Shown piece by piece: positions 60,270-64,000 of a stretch of DNA of 64,000 bases. Under the pieces are notes generated by a model. It was not told the origin of the DNA and did not search any database. It saw only the letters and a list, made by a program, of their open reading frames with translations. The translations under genes and the position numbers were made by a program. Source of the stretch: Salinivirgaceae bacterium (GTDB lineage: Bacteria; Bacteroidota; Bacteroidia; Bacteroidales; SZUA-534). Each line of letters opens with the position of its first letter. The first letter of the stretch is position 1. Where the stretch lies: contig JAKSOL010000009.1 of NCBI GenBank assembly GCA_024405635.1, positions 32,001 through 96,000 on the forward strand, written 5' to 3'.

Positions 60270-61298
60270 TTACTCTTTTTTGGTTTTCAAACGGAATGCA
60301 TTTGCTGTAACCGAATCGCATACCACCAAAAGTAAAAGCGAAAGCACAAAAGCAGATGCTGTTGACATTGTTACAATAAGCCAACGAATTGGATAAGATT
60401 TCTTTTCAGCCTTCACTGCTGCATTTACCACGTATTTATGTGGCAGTTTTTGTTTTGCATCAAGTTGAGCCTCTGCGTATTTAGCTCTAAGATCAACTAG
60501 TTGTGTGTTAATCTTTGTAAGGTAAGCAGTAATTTGAGTTGAGGAGCCTCCAACTCTAGCTAAGTCATTTAGCCGAATTTGTATTTTATCAGCAGACTTT
60601 ACATCACCTTTTGCTAAAGCTTTTGCCATAGCATTATTAAGTGCTTCAACTTGTGTTTTATAATCAGAAACACCTTGCTGCCGCATGTGGTTCAATGAAT
60701 CTTGAAGTTCTGCTATTTCCGATTTCAAGGAATTATAAGCTTCTTCAACTAGCGCCAAGGCTTGCAATGCTTTTTCGTGCTGCATATTATTCATTACCGT
60801 ATCGACAAGATTTGAAATCTCGTTAGCTATATCTGCAGCCATTTGAGGATCTTTATCAAGCACAGTTATTCGCACCGATAAAAATTTTGTAGGCGTAATG
60901 GTAATGTTTTTGTCATACTTGCGCTGTAATGCTGTTTGTGGATAACGCGTGGTAGGCGATATTCCATAATGTTCACGCAAGTTAAACTTGCTAATCACTC
61001 TATTTCGTATTTCATTTGATTGCAACACCTGCATAAGTTGCTCTAGTTCTTCGTCTTCTCCTAAACGAAGAACAGCTTTAGTTGTTACACCAACCGACAA
61101 CAAGTCTTGCGATATAGAACCCGATGCTGAAGGAAAGAGAATAACCTCCGATTTATATTTTTCTTGTATAAGCAAAGAGACAACTATTGAAACAATGGCT
61201 GCTACTACTGTTACCACAATAATTGGAACTCGACGTTTCCAAAAATAGAGTATGATGTCAATTGAATCGAACTTGTACTGATTTTCTGATTCAGTCAT
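60270..61298 (-). CDS. Wzz/FepE-like polysaccharide chain-length determinant
   Basis: N- and C-terminal TM helices, a periplasmic coiled coil, DP..AA.IAN, and A..AEKKS.P.R before TM2. Confidence 0.8.
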   Translation of the reverse strand: MTESENQYKFDSIDIILYFWKRRVPIIVVTVVAAIVSIVVSLLIQEKYKSEVILFPSASGSISQDLLSVGVTTKAVLRLGEDEELEQLMQVLQSNEIRNRVISKFNLREHYGISPTTRYPQTALQRKYDKNITITPTKFLSVRITVLDKDPQMAADIANEISNLVDTVMNNMQHEKALQALALVEEAYNSLKSEIAELQDSLNHMRQQGVSDYKTQVEALNNAMAKALAKGDVKSADKIQIRLNDLARVGGSSTQITAYLTKINTQLVDLRAKYAEAQLDAKQKLPHKYVVNAAVKAEKKSYPIRWLIVTMSTASAFVLSLLLLVVCDSVTANAFRLKTKKE

Positions 61299-61454
61299 AA
61301 TTAAAAGATTTGTATAATGATGCAAATGTAACACAATGAACAACAAAACGGTTTTTAGTGTTAATTATTGCACCATCATGCTTTTTATTATTGGTTGCAT
61401 TAAACGCGAAAAAAAATAATTTTGCCACTCCCAAATTCATAATCAACTGTAAGA

Positions 61455-61964
61455 ATGAAAATAAAACATGCTATAACAGCTATTTGTGTCGCAATGTTTT
61501 CTTTTTGCGCAACTGCACAAAATTGCCAATACGAAAAAGAATTTACTGACGACAACACTGGTAAAAAGGTAAAAATTACGGTTCAAGTTGTTTTAGCCCG
61601 ACTAAATAACAACCCGTTGTACTTTAAAGCACAAAGTATTGGCGATGACCGCCGTTTTTTAAAAATGCGTTATTATAAATACAACGATTTTTATTTCCGC
61701 GACGACCGAGAGGTTATTCTTTTTCTTACTAATGGCGAACAAGTAGTGCTTAACCCTAGAGTAAATCCTAACGAAAGTAAAGAATCGAAACTTCAGACTA
61801 TTTCCTCAATGGTTATTTACCCTTTAACCGAAGAACAATTCAGCAAACTACGCAATCACCCTGTAAAAAATTTCCGTTATTACGTTGCAACCGGTTTTGT
61901 TGACTTACCTGTAAAAGATAACAAACAAGACCAACTTATGAAAATATTGAAGTGTATTGACTAG
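61455..61964 (+). CDS. Hypothetical secreted protein
   Basis: Signal peptide ending ATA-Q. One Cys near each end of the mature chain, a possible disulfide. Confidence 0.65.
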   Translation: MKIKHAITAICVAMFSFCATAQNCQYEKEFTDDNTGKKVKITVQVVLARLNNNPLYFKAQSIGDDRRFLKMRYYKYNDFYFRDDREVILFLTNGEQVVLNPRVNPNESKESKLQTISSMVIYPLTEEQFSKLRNHPVKNFRYYVATGFVDLPVKDNKQDQLMKILKCID

Positions 61965-61983
61965 CAATTCCTTTTATAGCAAT

Positions 61984-62018
61984 AAAAAAGCAGGACTCTT
62001 TTGAATCCTGCTTTTTTT
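61984..62018. terminator. Bidirectional intrinsic terminator
   Basis: AAAAAAGCAGGA...TCCTGCTTTTTTT between convergent genes. Confidence 0.85.
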
Positions 62019-62039
62019 ATTTGGCATTAAATAAACACT

Positions 62040-63539
62040 CTATACAATTTTGTTGATTGCGTCAACAAATGCCTCAGCACTAGCATTCACAATATTTACA
62101 TTAGCACCAAAGCCATAGTAAATTTTGTCGTTGTATGAAACTTTAACATGAACTTTACCATTGTCGTTGCTGCCGCGAGTAATTGCTTGAACTAAAAATT
62201 CCTCAAGACGCATATCTTCTTTCTCAACTACTTCGCGAATAGCATTGAAAGCTGCATCAACTGGACCATTACCCGATGCTGTTGCTGTTTTTTGTTTACC
62301 TCCAATATTCAAACGCACTGCAGCCATCGACTCTGGGAATGAACCTGTTGAAACGTGCAAGTACTCTAACTTAATAGCATTTGAACTCTTAACGTTATCG
62401 TTAATCAGCAAACGAAGGTCGTTGTCGTTTATCTCCTTTTTGGCATCGGCCATATTTAAAAATCGTGCATAAAGTTCATCAAGTTCTTCAGTTGTGGCTT
62501 TATAACCAATTACCTCTAGGCGATGTTTTAGCGCTGCACGACCACTGCGAGCTGTCAAAATAATTTCTGACTCTTTGATGCCCACATCTTTTGGATCGAT
62601 AATTTCGTAGGTAGTAACATTTTTAAGTACACCATCTTGATGAATACCTGAAGAATGAGCAAAGGCATTTCGTCCTACTATGGCTTTATTTGCTTGAACT
62701 GGCATATTCATCAAACTTGAAACCATGCGCGATGCTGGATATATCATTGGAGTATTAATGTCAGAATAAAGATCGATATCGTTATGACATTTTAGAATCA
62801 TTGCAATCTCTTCAAGTGAAGTGTTTCCTGCCCGTTCGCCAATACCGTTGATTGTAACCTCGCATTGGCGAGCTCCATTTATCAATCCCGACATTGTGTT
62901 AGCAGTTGCCATTCCTAAGTCGTTGTGGCAGTGAGTTGATAAGATTGCATTTTCAACTCCATCAACATGATCAATTAGATATTTGATTTTTGCTCCGTAT
63001 TCTGCAGGAAGGCAATATCCTGTTGTATCAGGAATATTTACTACTGTAGCTCCAGCTTTAATCACAGCTTCAACCACACGTGCAAGATACTCGTTGTCGG
63101 TTCTACCTGCATCTTCAGCATAAAACTCAACATCGTCAACAAAACGACGAGCAAATTTAACGGCTTTAACCGCTCGTTCAATTATCTCTTCTCGGTTCGA
63201 TTTGAATTTGTATTTAATATGCGAATCTGAAGTCCCAATACCAGTATGAATGCGTTTGTGTTTTGCATATTTTAAAGCCTCGGCTGCTACTTCAATATCT
63301 TTTTCAACTGCTCGGGTTAATGCGCAAATTGTAGGATTTGTAACGGCTTTTGATATTTCAACTACCGAATTAAAGTCGCCTGGGCTTGAAACTGGAAAAC
63401 CTGCTTCAATCACATCAACGCCTAATTGCTCAAGCATTTTTGCCACTTCAATCTTTTCTATAGTATTTAATTGGCAACCTGGCACTTGTTCGCCATCGCG
63501 TAGTGTTGTGTCGAAAACATAAATTTTATTATCGGCCAT
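62040..63539 (-). CDS. leuA: 2-isopropylmalate synthase
   Basis: [31 protein letters not shown] and the regulatory-domain motif GNGPVDA. Confidence 0.95.
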   Translation of the reverse strand: MADNKIYVFDTTLRDGEQVPGCQLNTIEKIEVAKMLEQLGVDVIEAGFPVSSPGDFNSVVEISKAVTNPTICALTRAVEKDIEVAAEALKYAKHKRIHTGIGTSDSHIKYKFKSNREEIIERAVKAVKFARRFVDDVEFYAEDAGRTDNEYLARVVEAVIKAGATVVNIPDTTGYCLPAEYGAKIKYLIDHVDGVENAILSTHCHNDLGMATANTMSGLINGARQCEVTINGIGERAGNTSLEEIAMILKCHNDIDLYSDINTPMIYPASRMVSSLMNMPVQANKAIVGRNAFAHSSGIHQDGVLKNVTTYEIIDPKDVGIKESEIILTARSGRAALKHRLEVIGYKATTEELDELYARFLNMADAKKEINDNDLRLLINDNVKSSNAIKLEYLHVSTGSFPESMAAVRLNIGGKQKTATASGNGPVDAAFNAIREVVEKEDMRLEEFLVQAITRGSNDNGKVHVKVSYNDKIYYGFGANVNIVNASAEAFVDAINKIV

Positions 63540-63604
63540 AGTATCTTGTATTTATTTGTTTACTTTTTTGAAAATGAGAATGTTGCAACTAAAAAAACTA
63601 AGAA

Positions 63605-63664
63605 CTACAAGCGGCACAATCGGGTTAAATTGGCGCTACATAGCAAGTATAACAAAGTGTGCAT
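63605..63664 (-). CDS. Putative leucine-attenuator leader peptide MHTLLYLLCSANLTRLCRL
   Basis: Short Leu-rich ORF (7 of 19 codons) upstream of leuA, with an in-frame upstream ATG at 63739. Followed by an imperfect hairpin and a T tract. Confidence 0.6.
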   Translation of the reverse strand: MHTLLYLLCSANLTRLCRL

Positions 63665-63886
63665 AGAATTAGCACAACCGCACAATTTACTGTACGACAG
63701 GCTCTTATTAGTTATATTAACACAAGTTGCTGATAACATTCTGCTTCTAATTTGTGAGTGGCGAAATTAACAAACTATTTGCAAAAACCGAATAGGCACA
63801 AGTTTTTGGTGTTTGAATCATTTAAGCATCAAACAAATACGGCTATTTGTTTACTTTTGAACTCTCAAACAAAAAGACATCAAACA

Positions 63887-64000
63887 TTGGATATTAGCGA
63901 GTTAGTTGCTGTTTTCACCCAATCGGCACAAGTAAAAAAAATTGTTGATTTACTAAATTCCGACACCTGTCATAGTATTAAATTAAAAGGGCTAAAAGGG
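63887..64000 (+). CDS. 5' end of a CDS running off the window, possibly transcription-repair coupling factor Mfd
   Basis: TACTTTTG box at 63852-63859, a TTG start and an open frame MDISELVAVF...IKLKGLKG that loosely resembles Bacteroidota Mfd N-termini. Confidence 0.35.
   Translation, partial: MDISELVAVFTQSAQVKKIVDLLNSDTCHSIKLKGLKG

Overview
Core-genome window from a Bacteroidota bacterium, probably Bacteroidia. Evidence: TAnnTTTG -7 promoter boxes, a hybrid two-component system, an S46 peptidase, a T9SS type-B cargo protein and the rpsU-xerC-hpf-tRNA-tuf synteny. The right third holds the conserved cluster rpsU, xerC, hpf, tRNA-Thr/Tyr/Gly/Thr, tuf, tRNA-Trp, secE, nusG, rplK, rplA, rplJ, rplL, rpoB and rpoC, followed by an O-antigen ligase, a Wzz-like gene and leuA. 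The rest is housekeeping and accessory genes: a metal permease with a divergent Fur-family regulator, a carboxylesterase, an Aat-ElaA fusion, GH3, a GAF/PAS sensor, asd, recQ, menG, mazG, tcdA, rlmN, corA and an RsmF-family gene. I see no CRISPR array, IS element or prophage. The most interesting signals are non-coding or very small: a self-contained candidate sRNA antisense to 'AUG-AAA-AAA' starts, an 8-codon MDDYPPER leader peptide plus hairpin before corA, a Leu-rich leader before leuA, and a perfect 9-1-9 operator between the permease and a probably leaderless Fur/Zur gene. All product calls come from motif recognition by eye, not from database searches.
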